NCBI GenBank assembly: GCA_944391865.1
Contig: CALXVD010000004.1
Span: forward strand, 6,615 to 70,614
Direction: 5' to 3'
Length of the DNA stretch: 64,000 nucleotides
DNA from: an uncultured Clostridia bacterium
GTDB lineage: Bacteria; Bacillota; Clostridia; TANB77; CAG-508
Shown here: positions 28,934 to 38,976 of the stretch, one piece after another
Position numbering within the stretch: the stretch's first letter is position 1
How the letters are laid out: the number at the start of each line of letters is the position of its first letter
Notes under the pieces: generated by a model
Seen by the model: the letters and a program-made list of their open reading frames with translations, nothing else
What the model was told of the DNA's origin: nothing
Database searches by the model: none
Made by a program: the position numbers and the translations under genes

Positions 28934-30112
28934 TTAATTTTTATTTTCAAGTTCAATTTCTATTATTTCTCCTTGCTTTTCTAATACAAGTTTTAAGGTA
29001 TCTGTTGCATCATATTTTGTTAAATTAAATGTTTGCCAGTATCTAAGCATTCCGTTAAGCATTTGGTTATATCCTCCATTTCCATCACTACTATTTACTA
29101 CTGGATAAAATTTTTCACCATTGCTATTTTCTATATATTCATTCTTTACACAAATATTTTGCACTGAATGTGCATTGTTAAAGAATTCTTCAGTTTTTCT
29201 TGCTCTTTCTTCTTCACTATCTCCTTCGGTATATACAGGGTCTCCCCATTTTGTAATTAATTCTATTTTTGTTGCTGTATTTGATACTTTGAAACTTGTA
29301 ATTAAAATATCTTCTGTACTGTTTTTAGCATTATATATTAATGTTTCTCTATTGTACATTTCTTCTGGTAAGTTTACTTCTATATTCCACTCTCCTTCTA
29401 TTACTGTTTTATCATAAGAATTTTTATTAGAAAGTACAATTTTATCAAAACTTATGTTTAATTTTTGGCTTTTGGGAAATTCTTCTGAATACGTCATATA
29501 TTTATATTCTATGGTTCTACCATAATTTGTTATTATTTCTCCATAATATGCACCTTTATTATATGCTATATTTCTATTTCTTTCTTGTATATTATTTTCT
29601 TTGTAAAATTCTTCATATCTTTCACTATTTTCCAACGCCAAAACTAAAACATTATTTTGTTCATCTGTTATTACTAAATTAGATAAGTTTACATTATACA
29701 CTGATTCTACACTTTCTGTTCCTGGAATTTCTATATTAAATAGTATTGATAAATTATAATCATCCATTAATATTTCTGATACTCTTACATTTACTCCATT
29801 AGAGTTAATGTATTTCATATTTACTTCTTCTATATATCCATTATCTATTGCTGTTTGTTCTCCCTTACTCGAATTTGTTTTTAATAAATAGCTTATATAT
29901 GCTAAAATATCTTTTGCAAATATTACAGAGGTTGCAAGTACAATAACTAATATAAAGCACGCCACTTTTTTTATTATATTTATTTTTTTATAATGTGTAT
30001 TATTGTTTTGATTATTTAATGTATTTTTTATTATGTTTTCATAGTTTTTAGGCTTTTCTATCTCTTCTGATAATGCTTTTTTTATCTCTTTATCAAAGTT
30101 TTCTTCGTTCAT
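28934..30112 (-). CDS. putative membrane-anchored anti-sigma factor (DUF4179-like)
   Basis: 392 aa with a single TM. Overlaps the upstream sigma gene by 1 nt (30112). Confidence 0.45.
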   Translation of the reverse strand: MNEENFDKEIKKALSEEIEKPKNYENIIKNTLNNQNNNTHYKKINIIKKVACFILVIVLATSVIFAKDILAYISYLLKTNSSKGEQTAIDNGYIEEVNMKYINSNGVNVRVSEILMDDYNLSILFNIEIPGTESVESVYNVNLSNLVITDEQNNVLVLALENSERYEEFYKENNIQERNRNIAYNKGAYYGEIITNYGRTIEYKYMTYSEEFPKSQKLNISFDKIVLSNKNSYDKTVIEGEWNIEVNLPEEMYNRETLIYNAKNSTEDILITSFKVSNTATKIELITKWGDPVYTEGDSEEERARKTEEFFNNAHSVQNICVKNEYIENSNGEKFYPVVNSSDGNGGYNQMLNGMLRYWQTFNLTKYDATDTLKLVLEKQGEIIEIELENKN

Positions 30113-30636
30113 TATTGTACACCTCCTTTATATTGCTTTTTTATTTTTTCTTTTGCTCTGGAAATTCTGCTCTTTATTGTGTTTTCGTTAATTTTTAGTA
30201 TATTACTTATTTCTTTAGTGGTATATCCCTCTAAATAATGTAATATTATAACAAGCCTTTCATCATAATTTAATCGTTTCATTATAAATTCAAACGTTAA
30301 ATTATCATCAAAAATTGTGATGCTATCTACATCATCATATAAGGACACAGAAATTACTTTCCTATTTTTATAAATATCATTACATTTATTTATAAGAATT
30401 TTAATAATCCAAGTTTTAAAATACTCTTCATTTCTGATTTTATGTACTGATTTATATGCAGAAATCATTGTTTCTTGCACAGCATCTAATATGTCTTCTT
30501 CATTATTTAATCTTGCTCTTGCAATTTTATATAAATCATCTTCTAACTTTAAAACAAGACAAGTAAATGCTTCTTTGTCTCCTTTTTTTGCTTTGGATAC
30601 TAAATTCTTTAATTCCATATCATTTTCCTTTTTCAT
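30112..30636 (-). CDS. ECF-type RNA polymerase sigma factor
   Basis: 174 aa with regions 2 and 4 (TKEISNILKINENTIKSRISRAKEK). Confidence 0.8.
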   Translation of the reverse strand: MKKENDMELKNLVSKAKKGDKEAFTCLVLKLEDDLYKIARARLNNEEDILDAVQETMISAYKSVHKIRNEEYFKTWIIKILINKCNDIYKNRKVISVSLYDDVDSITIFDDNLTFEFIMKRLNYDERLVIILHYLEGYTTKEISNILKINENTIKSRISRAKEKIKKQYKGGVQ

Positions 30637-30837
30637 ATATAAATCTCCTATACTATTTCTGTATATTAGACGTTTAAATTATATAAATAGTTTCATTTAT
30701 TTTATACTTTACTAATAAATTATATATTATTTTACATTATTTTACAATTATTAATTTATTTGTTCTTATTGTTTTATTTAATTTTCTATATATAAAAAAA
30801 GAAAAATATCAAATTAATGATATTTTTCCTACTTATT

Positions 30838-31848
30838 TTATATAATTTTTATAATAACATAAAATATAAATATTAAAATTATCAATGCAAGCAAAATTTT
30901 AATATAATGAAATTTTACTTTACTCCTTTCAGCAAAAGATATTTTTCCTATATTTTCTATATCCCAATATTTCACTGTGGTACCAATACCCATACCAACT
31001 GCCATTACTATAAGTAAACCGAATAATATTATGTAAAACTTCAATCTATTTTTTTCAATTTTATTATATTTTTCTATTATATCTAATTCTTTATCCTCAT
31101 TAATTTTCAAATTAGAATCTACTATATTTTTATCAAATATAACTTCTAAATGCAAGTTTTGTTTCTTTAATCCTGTAAAGTAAAGTTCTTTTCTAGAAGA
31201 GTTTATATCTTTAACCATACTTTTATTTTTAAGTTCTATATTATTAAATATATTAAATGTTTCTGTATTGTCTGGCATTATTATATTAATCTTTGTTTCA
31301 TTTTGAAATACATTAAGACCATATTTTAAATTAAATTGAAAGTAACTAATATCATTATAATTTGCTATATAATCCTTAAGTTCATATACTATCTTTAAAT
31401 TTGAGTCATTATCAGGTAAAAAAACTTCTATATTATTGTATGGAGAAAATTTTAACTTAACTTTTTCTGATTCTATTATATTATTATTGTATTTATAAAT
31501 ATAATAGCCATTTATATTTTTATTATCTGTATCTAACTCAATATTATTATAATATACTTTTAAATTTTCTATATTTCTATTATAATCTATCTCATCATAA
31601 GTATCATCAGTAAAAAAATATGTAGAATAATGATTTGTATCTAATTTTATATTTTCTTCTACTCTTAAAGTTCCATCATTTAATACGTATAAATTTAATA
31701 TATTCTTATAATATTTTTGTTCTAAATTAGTATTATTTGTAAAAAAATTTTTAGATAATATTATACTAAGTAATATAATACTAATAATTACTAGCACTAT
31801 TATTCTGCAAATAATTTCTTTATTTAATTGTTTTCTATCTGATTCCAT
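30838..31848 (-). CDS. hypothetical membrane protein (N-terminal TM, extracellular domain, C-terminal TMs)
   Basis: 336-aa ORF with N/Y/I-rich composition. No confident family. Confidence 0.4.
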   Translation of the reverse strand: MESDRKQLNKEIICRIIVLVIISIILLSIILSKNFFTNNTNLEQKYYKNILNLYVLNDGTLRVEENIKLDTNHYSTYFFTDDTYDEIDYNRNIENLKVYYNNIELDTDNKNINGYYIYKYNNNIIESEKVKLKFSPYNNIEVFLPDNDSNLKIVYELKDYIANYNDISYFQFNLKYGLNVFQNETKINIIMPDNTETFNIFNNIELKNKSMVKDINSSRKELYFTGLKKQNLHLEVIFDKNIVDSNLKINEDKELDIIEKYNKIEKNRLKFYIILFGLLIVMAVGMGIGTTVKYWDIENIGKISFAERSKVKFHYIKILLALIILIFIFYVIIKII

Positions 31849-31989
31849 TTATTTCTCCACTTCTTATTTTTTAATTCTTCATTAATTAATTTAGCATAAA
31901 TATATTTTTTTATCAATATATTATTTATTTTTATATATTATATCTTTAACGTAACATTTTTATAAATTACTTAATAAAAAGCAAGCTTT

Positions 31990-32695
31990 TTACAGCTCGC
32001 GTGCTAATTTACTATTTAGTTTTCCTATTGCTTTTTTCTCTATTCTAGATACATAGCTTCTTGATATTCCCATCATTTGTGCAATTTGATTTTGTGTTTT
32101 TGGCTTGTTTCCTCCGAAGTCCAAAACGTAGTTCTATTATTGTTTTTTCTCTTCCTTTTAATATATCTTTCATTCTTTCATACAATTTTTTTGTTTTTAT
32201 TTTTAAATCAATTTCGTCTTCTATATTTTTTTCATCGTTTTCTAAAATGTCAATTAAAGCTATTTCGTTATCATCTTTGTCTTTTCCAATTGGTTCATTT
32301 AAGTACACTTCTGCCCCTAATTTTTTTATACTTCTTAAGTGCATTAAAATTTCATTTTCTATACATCTGGAGGCATATGTAGCAAGTCTTACCCCCTTAT
32401 TAGTGTTAAATGTATTTATTCCTTTTATTAATCCTATTGTTCCAATAGAAATTAAATCGTCATTATCTACATTAGGTATATTATATTTTTTGCATATATG
32501 TGCTACTAATCTTAAATTCCTTTCAATCAATATATTTCTTGCTTCTTCGTCTCCTTCCATATACTTTTGTAAGTATTCTGCCTCTTCTTCTTGAGATAAT
32601 GGTTCTGGAAATAAGCTGTTGTTTGATATGTAGCCCAAAACAAAAATAGCAGTTTTACAAAACGCTAAAAATCCAGATAAATATATTAGTGGCAT
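31990..32695 (-). CDS. sigK: sporulation sigma factor SigK (pro-sigma-K), interrupted at one CGGA site
   Basis: Pro-sequence then YISNNSLFPEPLSQEEE, NLRLVAHICKKY, GTIGLIKGI, CIENEILMHLR. Skipping the C at 32116 restores region 4: [39 protein letters not shown]. 706-1 nt is 235 codons. Confidence 0.88.
32113..32116 (-). other. zero-frame CGG with +1 frame change (coding strand CTT-C-GGA-GGA)
   Basis: Lies in sigK before the region 4 HTH. Confidence 0.8.
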
Positions 32696-32733
32696 AAATG
32701 CACCTCCATTTTCCTATAACAAATTATATGTTT

Positions 32734-32775
32734 AGGAAAAATAAAAGTGCATGACCTCTAAAACATTTCTATTTT
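32734..32775. repeat. 42-bp direct repeat, copy 1 (flanks the KilA-N cassette, overlaps the putative sigK promoter region)
   Basis: AGGAAAAATAAAAGTGCATGACCTCTAAAACATTTCTATTTT, 41/42 identical to 33914-33955. Confidence 0.85.
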
Positions 32776-32928
32776 AAAATTATGTTTTATATACTTAATC
32801 TAATTCTTTTGAACATTCTATTTTTTCTTTGTATCTTATTGTAATATCTAATTTTACAAATTTCTATTTCGTAAAGTATTTCATTATGACCATTCTCCGA
32901 CTGTGTTCTGTCACACACTCAATATATT

Positions 32929-33798
32929 TCACTTTTTATTTCCTATTAATTTTTGATTATTATCATATTTTGCTATTCCTGTAATATTTTTATCGTTTAT
33001 AAGAACTTTTAGCTGTTTATTAGCGGTAAAATTAAGCTTTTCTAATCTTTCTTTTTGATTCATATTATTTTCTATCATACTAGCATTTAAAACTTCTAAA
33101 TTACTAAGTACAACTAAATGTAATATATCAGTATAATCTCTGATATTTCCATCTAAATTAGGATTATTTTCCCTCCACTCTTTTGCGGTCATACCGAAAA
33201 GTGCTACATTTATCACATCTGCCTCATTAGCATAAATAAAATTTTTTTGATGTTCCGTTAATGTAGGTACAATATTTTCTTTTATACTATCTGTATGGAT
33301 TTTATAATTTGTTTTCGATAAAGTTCTTCTTACAGACCATTCAATTTGGTCTTGATAACTTTCATTATATTTTAATCTTTCAAATTCTTGAATTAGATAT
33401 AACTTAAAAGCCGGATCAATCCAAGAAGCAAATTCAAGTGCAATATCGGGATGTGCAAAAGTTCCCCCGTCATATTTACCTCTTTTAGTTACAAAACCTT
33501 TTGCATTTGTCATACTAATCCATCTTGATGGGCTCATAGTAAAAGACTGATTTGCTGAGTCTTTTTTAAACTCGCGAGATTCCGCTAGTTTAAATTTCTC
33601 ATTAAATAATTCTTCCCACAAACAATAAAAATCAAAAGAACTTTTATTGCTCATCCACTTAATTATGACATCTCCTGGATTTGACTCATTTTTGTATCTA
33701 GCTAAATCTGTTAACGAAATATAATCTTTGTTATTAATTCTCATAATACCTATTAAATTATCCTTTACATTGATTTTGGTTGTAACCTTATTATTCAA
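32929..33798 (-). CDS. KilA-N domain-containing protein
   Basis: 289 aa. GGTFAHPDIALEFASWIDPAFKLYL is the characteristic KilA-N core. Confidence 0.75.
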   Translation of the reverse strand: MNNKVTTKINVKDNLIGIMRINNKDYISLTDLARYKNESNPGDVIIKWMSNKSSFDFYCLWEELFNEKFKLAESREFKKDSANQSFTMSPSRWISMTNAKGFVTKRGKYDGGTFAHPDIALEFASWIDPAFKLYLIQEFERLKYNESYQDQIEWSVRRTLSKTNYKIHTDSIKENIVPTLTEHQKNFIYANEADVINVALFGMTAKEWRENNPNLDGNIRDYTDILHLVVLSNLEVLNASMIENNMNQKERLEKLNFTANKQLKVLINDKNITGIAKYDNNQKLIGNKK

Positions 33799-33913
33799 AT
33801 TAATTCCTCCTAAAAATATAAATTTTATTTATAATATGCTATCAAACATTTGTTCTTTTGTCTATTATTTTTTGTCTTATTGGCATTTTTCTTCATTATA
33901 GTTGATTTTTTCC

Positions 33914-33955
33914 AGGAAAAATAAAAGTGCATGACCTCTAAAATATTTCTATTTT
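33914..33955. repeat. 42-bp direct repeat, copy 2
   Basis: See 32734-32775. Confidence 0.85.
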
Positions 33956-33972
33956 GTATATCAGTTTAACTA

Positions 33973-34944
33973 TTGGTAAATAATATTTATATGAATAAGT
34001 TATTTTTAATGAAACATCCCGATTTATTTCAGGGAGAAAAAAATCTATCTAACAATAAAAATTATTTTGAGGGTTGGTATTTTAAAAATACAAATAACGA
34101 AAATGGAATTTCTTTTATTCCCGGCATAAACATAGATGGTAAAACAAAAGAAAGTTTTATACAAGTAATTACAAATACCTCTTCTTATTTTATAAAATAT
34201 GATATTAATGATTTTAAGTATAATTTTAACCCTTTTTATATTAAAATTGAGGACAATTATTTTTCTAAAGATTCTATTCATGTAAATATCAAGGATAATT
34301 CACAGAATCTTAACATTGTTGGAGATATTTACTATATGAATAATAAAAACATAAACACCAATATGCTAAATCCTAATATAATGGGGCCTTTTTCGTATGT
34401 TCCTTTTATGGAGTGTAATCATGCAATTTTAAGTATGCAAAATGAAGCATTTGGTATGATTAATATTAATGATAATAAACTAGATTTTAATAATAGCACT
34501 GGATATATAGAAAAAGACTGGGGGTATTCATTTCCCAAGTCTTATATTTGGTGCCAAGGAAATAATTTTAAAAACAAAAGTGCAAGTTTTATGTTCTCCA
34601 TGGCAGATATTCCTTTTAAACTTTTTAGTTTTAAGGGGCTTATCTCGGTTCTTATTGTAGATAATAAAGAATATAAATTTACTACTTACAATAATTCTAA
34701 AATAATCAAGAATAATATAAATGATAATTCACTAGATATAGTCTTAAAAAAAGGCTCATATACTTTAACTATGCACTCGATATTTGGAACAAGCCTTAAA
34801 CTATCTGCACCTGTTAAAGGAAGAATGGCAAAGGAAATTTTTGAAAGCATCTGTTCTTCAGTTACAGTAACACTCAAAAATAACAATGAGATTATTTTTT
34901 CTGATACGAGCTCACATTGTGGTTTAGAAATAGTTCAAAATTAA
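33973..34944 (+). CDS. tocopherol cyclase-like family protein
   Basis: About 317 aa. YFEGWYFK near the N-terminus and IEKDWGYSFP are hallmarks of the bacterial tocopherol-cyclase-like family. The probable start is the ATG at 33991. Confidence 0.5.
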   Translation: MVNNIYMNKLFLMKHPDLFQGEKNLSNNKNYFEGWYFKNTNNENGISFIPGINIDGKTKESFIQVITNTSSYFIKYDINDFKYNFNPFYIKIEDNYFSKDSIHVNIKDNSQNLNIVGDIYYMNNKNINTNMLNPNIMGPFSYVPFMECNHAILSMQNEAFGMININDNKLDFNNSTGYIEKDWGYSFPKSYIWCQGNNFKNKSASFMFSMADIPFKLFSFKGLISVLIVDNKEYKFTTYNNSKIIKNNINDNSLDIVLKKGSYTLTMHSIFGTSLKLSAPVKGRMAKEIFESICSSVTVTLKNNNEIIFSDTSSHCGLEIVQN

Positions 34945-36416
34945 TATTTTTCTATAATTATTCTGTCTCCCTTGCTTTGCGATTTAATATCCTCTGCTCT
35001 ATATGATAATATTTTATACTCATTTTTGCCATCAAACCTAACTGTTACAGATTTTGTATAATCTGTTTTATTAGGTAAATGTCTTTCTTGTATTATTAAG
35101 CTTGCCTTACATTCCTTTAATGTTTCAAATGTTGTAACAAATCCTATTCCGCTTCCTCCATCTTCTTTGTGAGTTGTAGTAGGCTCTAATCCTAATTTTA
35201 ATAGAGTATCTACTTTAAACTCCACTCCCGTATCATAAATACAAAGTTCATAGCATTTATCTTTTATACCTAAAATTACTAAAATACTTTTATATGTGTT
35301 GTTACCTGAATTTATTGCTATAATTGCGTCTTTAATATGATCACCAATTAGAGTTTCTAATTTATTTTTCTTTATTATGTTGTTTATTAAATAGTAGATA
35401 TTTCCATTAATTTTTAAATTAAAACTAATATTATTTTTTATACATTCACTTTGCATATATTTAAACATATCATCTAATTCGGAAATACCAATTAAAGGTA
35501 ATTCATCTTTATCTTTTATTTCTTGTAATTTGCTAGAATATTCTTTTTCTAAATCTTTAATTCTATTTAAAACACCTAACTCTTCTCCAAACTCTACACT
35601 ATTATTACTTGTAAAATCTTTTACCTTTAGCTCTAAAGCACTAATTCTGTTGTGGAATTCATGATTTATCTTACTTGTTTTAAATAGCTCTTCTGACAAT
35701 TCTTTAATTTTATTATCCTTTTCTTTTATATCAGTTTCATAATCTTCGATAGTTCTCTTTAATAAATTTTGCTTATAATAAAGAACAAGAGCTTTTTGAA
35801 CTATTATTAACATAAATATACATAAGATTATAAAACTTATTAAAATATGTTTTGTTAAATTCCCATAATAATTTCCTACTAAACAATATGCCATTATTAC
35901 CAGTGCACTTATATTAAACATAATTATATCTATATAATCATTATCTATTTTATTTTGTTAAAATAGTAATCCCTTTTTAAACCTTTTTATTCTAAATATA
36001 TTAAAAATTAAAAAACCTTGAATAATAACTATAATGATTAAATTTACAAAATTATTTTTTATATTTAACGCCTTATAAATAATAAAAGATAATATTACTG
36101 AAATTCCCCAACACATTAGACATATAGCCATAGAAATAAGCATTATAAGCATTGAAAACCTAATTTCGTTTTTATTTAATATTTTTATAAAAGAACTTAG
36201 CAAAATATATAATATAAACAATGCTAATACTTCATTTGTATAATATTTAGCCAATACATATATTATTGTTAGTATTAATACTGTTGGAATGATAATTATA
36301 ATTTCAGTTATTTCATATCTTTTTTTATTTAATAATTTTATAACTATAAAAATAGCAAATAAAATTATAAAAAATATTTTAGTTGCCGAATTAATTATTT
36401 CTATATTCATATTCAA
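34941..36416 (-). pseudogene. AgrC/HPK10-like sensor kinase, module B, disrupted by an in-frame TAA
   Basis: ORFs 35958..36416 (TM part) and 34941..35921 (H-box NHEFHNR, GGSGIGF) are collinear with kinase A. The TAA at 35958-35960 replaces the Leu codon seen in A (GLSF-L-QKDNE versus GLLF-stop-QNKIDND). Confidence 0.7.
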
Positions 36417-36559
36417 ATATTTTCCTTTTTCTTAATATATATATTATATATTATATAATTTTAAAAAATTTCAAGCAATATATTCCTAAAACTGTGATAT
36501 ATATTTTATGAAATAATTACTGTTCAGACCAAATTATAGTTTTTAATGTTAAATGAAAA

Positions 36560-36760
36560 AAATTATAAATCTGTTAAAACACATCAATTTATGAAGCGAC
36601 GAATGTGAGAGGAGTGTTTGTGCAATTCTTAAGGAAAATTGAAGGAGGAAGCGGTTACCGAGAGGCTCGTTCAATTTGCCGCTAGAATTGCTAAAACACG
36701 TATTGATGCCGAGGAGCGTAATAAATTTATGTTTTTAACAGATTATTATTTATATTTAGA
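36560..36760. other. GC-rich (about 45 percent) structured island of unknown nature, bracketed by AATCTGTTAAAA / TTTTAACAGATT inverted repeats
   Basis: Composition contrasts sharply with the flanks. It is absent from the equivalent position of module A. The ORF-track entry 36639..36863 is probably spurious. Confidence 0.4.
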
Positions 36761-36803
36761 AATTTCTACGAAGAGCGGGTCGCCGAGGACGTCGACCCCT
36801 ACA
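36755..36803. repeat. family 3 element, second copy
   Basis: TTTAGAAATTTCTACGAAGAGCGGGTCG...CGACCCCTACA. Compare 3351-3396. Confidence 0.65.
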
Positions 36804-36862
36804 ATTACTCTACAATTTCAAATTTGTCTCTTAACATTAATACGAAATAACAATATACAATA

Positions 36863-36888
36863 AAAGCGGATAAATAAATATCCGCTTC
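36863..36888. terminator. hairpin AAGCGGATA-AATAAA-TATCCGCTT
   Basis: Perfect 9-bp stem flanked by A/T runs. Confidence 0.5.
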
Positions 36889-36906
36889 TATATATTTTTA
36901 ATTTTA

Positions 36907-36948
36907 TTATAATCCAAACCAATATCTTATCCATTCCCAGAAGCTCAT
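36907..36948 (-). CDS. 13-codon mini-ORF MSFWEWIRYWFGL (module B)
   Basis: Same GGAGGTG RBS and same first 7 codons as 22223..22264 (one synonymous GAG/GAA difference). Confidence 0.5.
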   Translation of the reverse strand: MSFWEWIRYWFGL

Positions 36949-36974
36949 TTAAAACACCTCCATTTACTTTTTTG

Positions 36975-37015
36975 ATAGCAAAAAAATATCACTTATACTT
37001 ATTTGTATAAGTGAT
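36975..37015 (-). terminator. rho-independent terminator after the Spo0A-like regulator gene (module B)
   Basis: Nearly identical to 22291-22332. Confidence 0.7.
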
Positions 37016-37068
37016 TAATGAAAGTGCAATTATTTTATATATTATTACATTTTATGACATAAACTGAC

Positions 37069-37854
37069 TTATATACTTTTTCTTATTTTATCTGCATAAT
37101 AATATATAAATTCAGTTGGAGTTGGAACTCCAGTTTCATAATTTATTTTTGCAGTATAATATGTGCTTAAATCTTCCAACGAAGATATTCTCCAAGCATG
37201 TAAAATTGCATTTTGCATAGCCCTGCTAATAGTACTACTCGATTTTTTATATTTTCCTACTAAATATTGTACAGTTGTAATTTTATCATTTTTATCATAA
37301 TTTTCTATTACGTAATAAATAGAATCAAATAAATATTTCCTACCCTGGAGATGTGTGCTAATTCCTATTAAGTCAAGTTCTTTATTTATTTTTTCTTCAA
37401 TATTGTTTTTGCTCTCTTCGTTTTCTAATTCTTCTTTTTCAAATTTATTACCTTTGTACTCTCTTATTAATAATAGCGTATTTATCACATTTTCTTGGGA
37501 GTAATTAACCTGCTTTTTGTAAAATACAAAATCAACTCCACTTTTATGTAAGTAATTATATACGGAATCAGAGCAAATATTTGTTGTTACTATTATTTTT
37601 GGCATATTTCCTAATTCTAAGTCTTTTAATTCCATAAGAAAATCAAAACCCGTTCCTGTTGCATTTCCTTTATTTAATTCTAAATCTAATATAATTCCCT
37701 CTGGGCTATACTGTTTTACATATTTTATTCCTGCTTCGTTTGAATCAGTTATTGCAACAAATTTTATATCTGCTCTTGTTTTTTCTATTTTTCTATAAAT
37801 ATTACATTCATTTGCATCATCTTCAATTAGCAACAATTTCATAGGTTTATCCAT
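37069..37854 (-). CDS. Spo0A-like response regulator, module B
   Basis: 261 aa, paralog of 22386..23177 with the same receiver plus Spo0A_C architecture. Confidence 0.8.
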   Translation of the reverse strand: MDKPMKLLLIEDDANECNIYRKIEKTRADIKFVAITDSNEAGIKYVKQYSPEGIILDLELNKGNATGTGFDFLMELKDLELGNMPKIIVTTNICSDSVYNYLHKSGVDFVFYKKQVNYSQENVINTLLLIREYKGNKFEKEELENEESKNNIEEKINKELDLIGISTHLQGRKYLFDSIYYVIENYDKNDKITTVQYLVGKYKKSSSTISRAMQNAILHAWRISSLEDLSTYYTAKINYETGVPTPTEFIYYYADKIRKSI

Positions 37855-37994
37855 AATCCTTACCCCTTAATTAAAGCTTTTTCTTTTCATATAATATCAT
37901 ACATTGTAATACTTTTCTATTATTTTTTATCATGTTTTATACTATTAAATCTTTTAAACTAATTTTAATTAACATAGTAGAAGGAGTAATTATA

Positions 37995-38312
37995 ATGAAA
38001 AAAGAAATTGGTGCTAGAATTAAAAGTATTAGAGAAAATATGCACTTAAGCAAAAATAAATTTGCAAAATTATTAGGTATTTCTGGTCAATATTTGGGTG
38101 TTATTGAGTCCGGAAAGAGTTGTTTATCAATTGAAAAAATTAAAATTCTCTGTGATTTAACTAATTTATCTGCAGATTATATTTTGTTTGGTAAGAATAT
38201 AACTATAAAGCAAGAAACAAGTAAAATGTTGTCTAAATTTACTGATGATCAAATTGAAAAGGGTTGTGATACTTTAAAGAAATTAGCTTATTTTATTAAA
38301 AGTATAGAATAA
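37995..38312 (+). CDS. XRE-family helix-turn-helix regulator (module B)
   Basis: 105 aa from the ATG after GAAGGAG. Paralog of 23312..23629. Confidence 0.8.
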   Translation: MKKEIGARIKSIRENMHLSKNKFAKLLGISGQYLGVIESGKSCLSIEKIKILCDLTNLSADYILFGKNITIKQETSKMLSKFTDDQIEKGCDTLKKLAYFIKSIE

Positions 38313-38421
38313 TTTTTTGAATATATTATTTTGTTTTTGAAAATAATATATTGACTTTAAATATTCTTCTTGGTAAAATATGGTATGTTGAATACCATAT
38401 TTTGTAAAAGGGGATGTTTGT

Positions 38422-38652
38422 ATGTCTAAACCTGTTTTTTATGATAAAAAATATAATACTGAAAATCATTTTAAATCTTTAGAAGATTTTCAAAACTATA
38501 AACAAAATCAAATGCAAATAGATTGCATATCTAGAGTGTTAATAGAACATGCAGATGTTCCTAAAGAACTTATAGATTGGTTAATTAAATCTGTTAAAGA
38601 AAATACTACTCTCGAGTGTAAAATTATAAAATATAAAGAAGATATTAATTAA
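38422..38652 (+). CDS. small conserved hypothetical protein (module B)
   Basis: 76 aa, paralog of 23713..23943. Confidence 0.6.
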   Translation: MSKPVFYDKKYNTENHFKSLEDFQNYKQNQMQIDCISRVLIEHADVPKELIDWLIKSVKENTTLECKIIKYKEDIN

Positions 38653-38663
38653 AATATCTTCTT

Positions 38664-38915
38664 TTATTTTATTGCTACAAGCAACTCATTACTTTCTACT
38701 TTTTTTTGCTTTCCATCTAAAACATAAGTATCTCCTGTTTTATATATTAGGTATCTATTATTTTCTAGGCGTTGTGCCGCAAGTGCTATTAGCATTTTTG
38801 TATCAGCCTCGCTTAAGTTTTCTTTTATTCTGAGTTCATAAAAAGTAAATCTTATAAAATTAGGATTTTCGTCTATTTTTTTATCTATTAAATCACTTAC
38901 ATATTGCATTGTCAT
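38664..38915 (-). CDS. hypothetical protein
   Basis: 83-aa ORF, no family recognised. Confidence 0.4.
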   Translation of the reverse strand: MTMQYVSDLIDKKIDENPNFIRFTFYELRIKENLSEADTKMLIALAAQRLENNRYLIYKTGDTYVLDGKQKKVESNELLVAIK

Positions 38916-38976
38916 TTTTCTTCACCTTATTGTATCTTATCATATTTTTTATGTTTTGCCAATTATTTCAAATATT

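Larger units (their letters stand above)
32734..33955. mobile_element. about 1.2-kb cassette carrying a KilA-N gene, bounded by 42-bp direct repeats
   Basis: Direct repeats at both ends. KilA-N domain proteins are typically phage or mobile-element borne. No integrase in the segment. Confidence 0.35.

Noticed and set aside
36639-36863. A 74-aa plus-strand ORF in the GC-rich island.
   Set aside because: It has a TTG start without a convincing RBS. It runs across a family 3 repeat and matches no family. The region is reported as an unexplained element rather than a gene.
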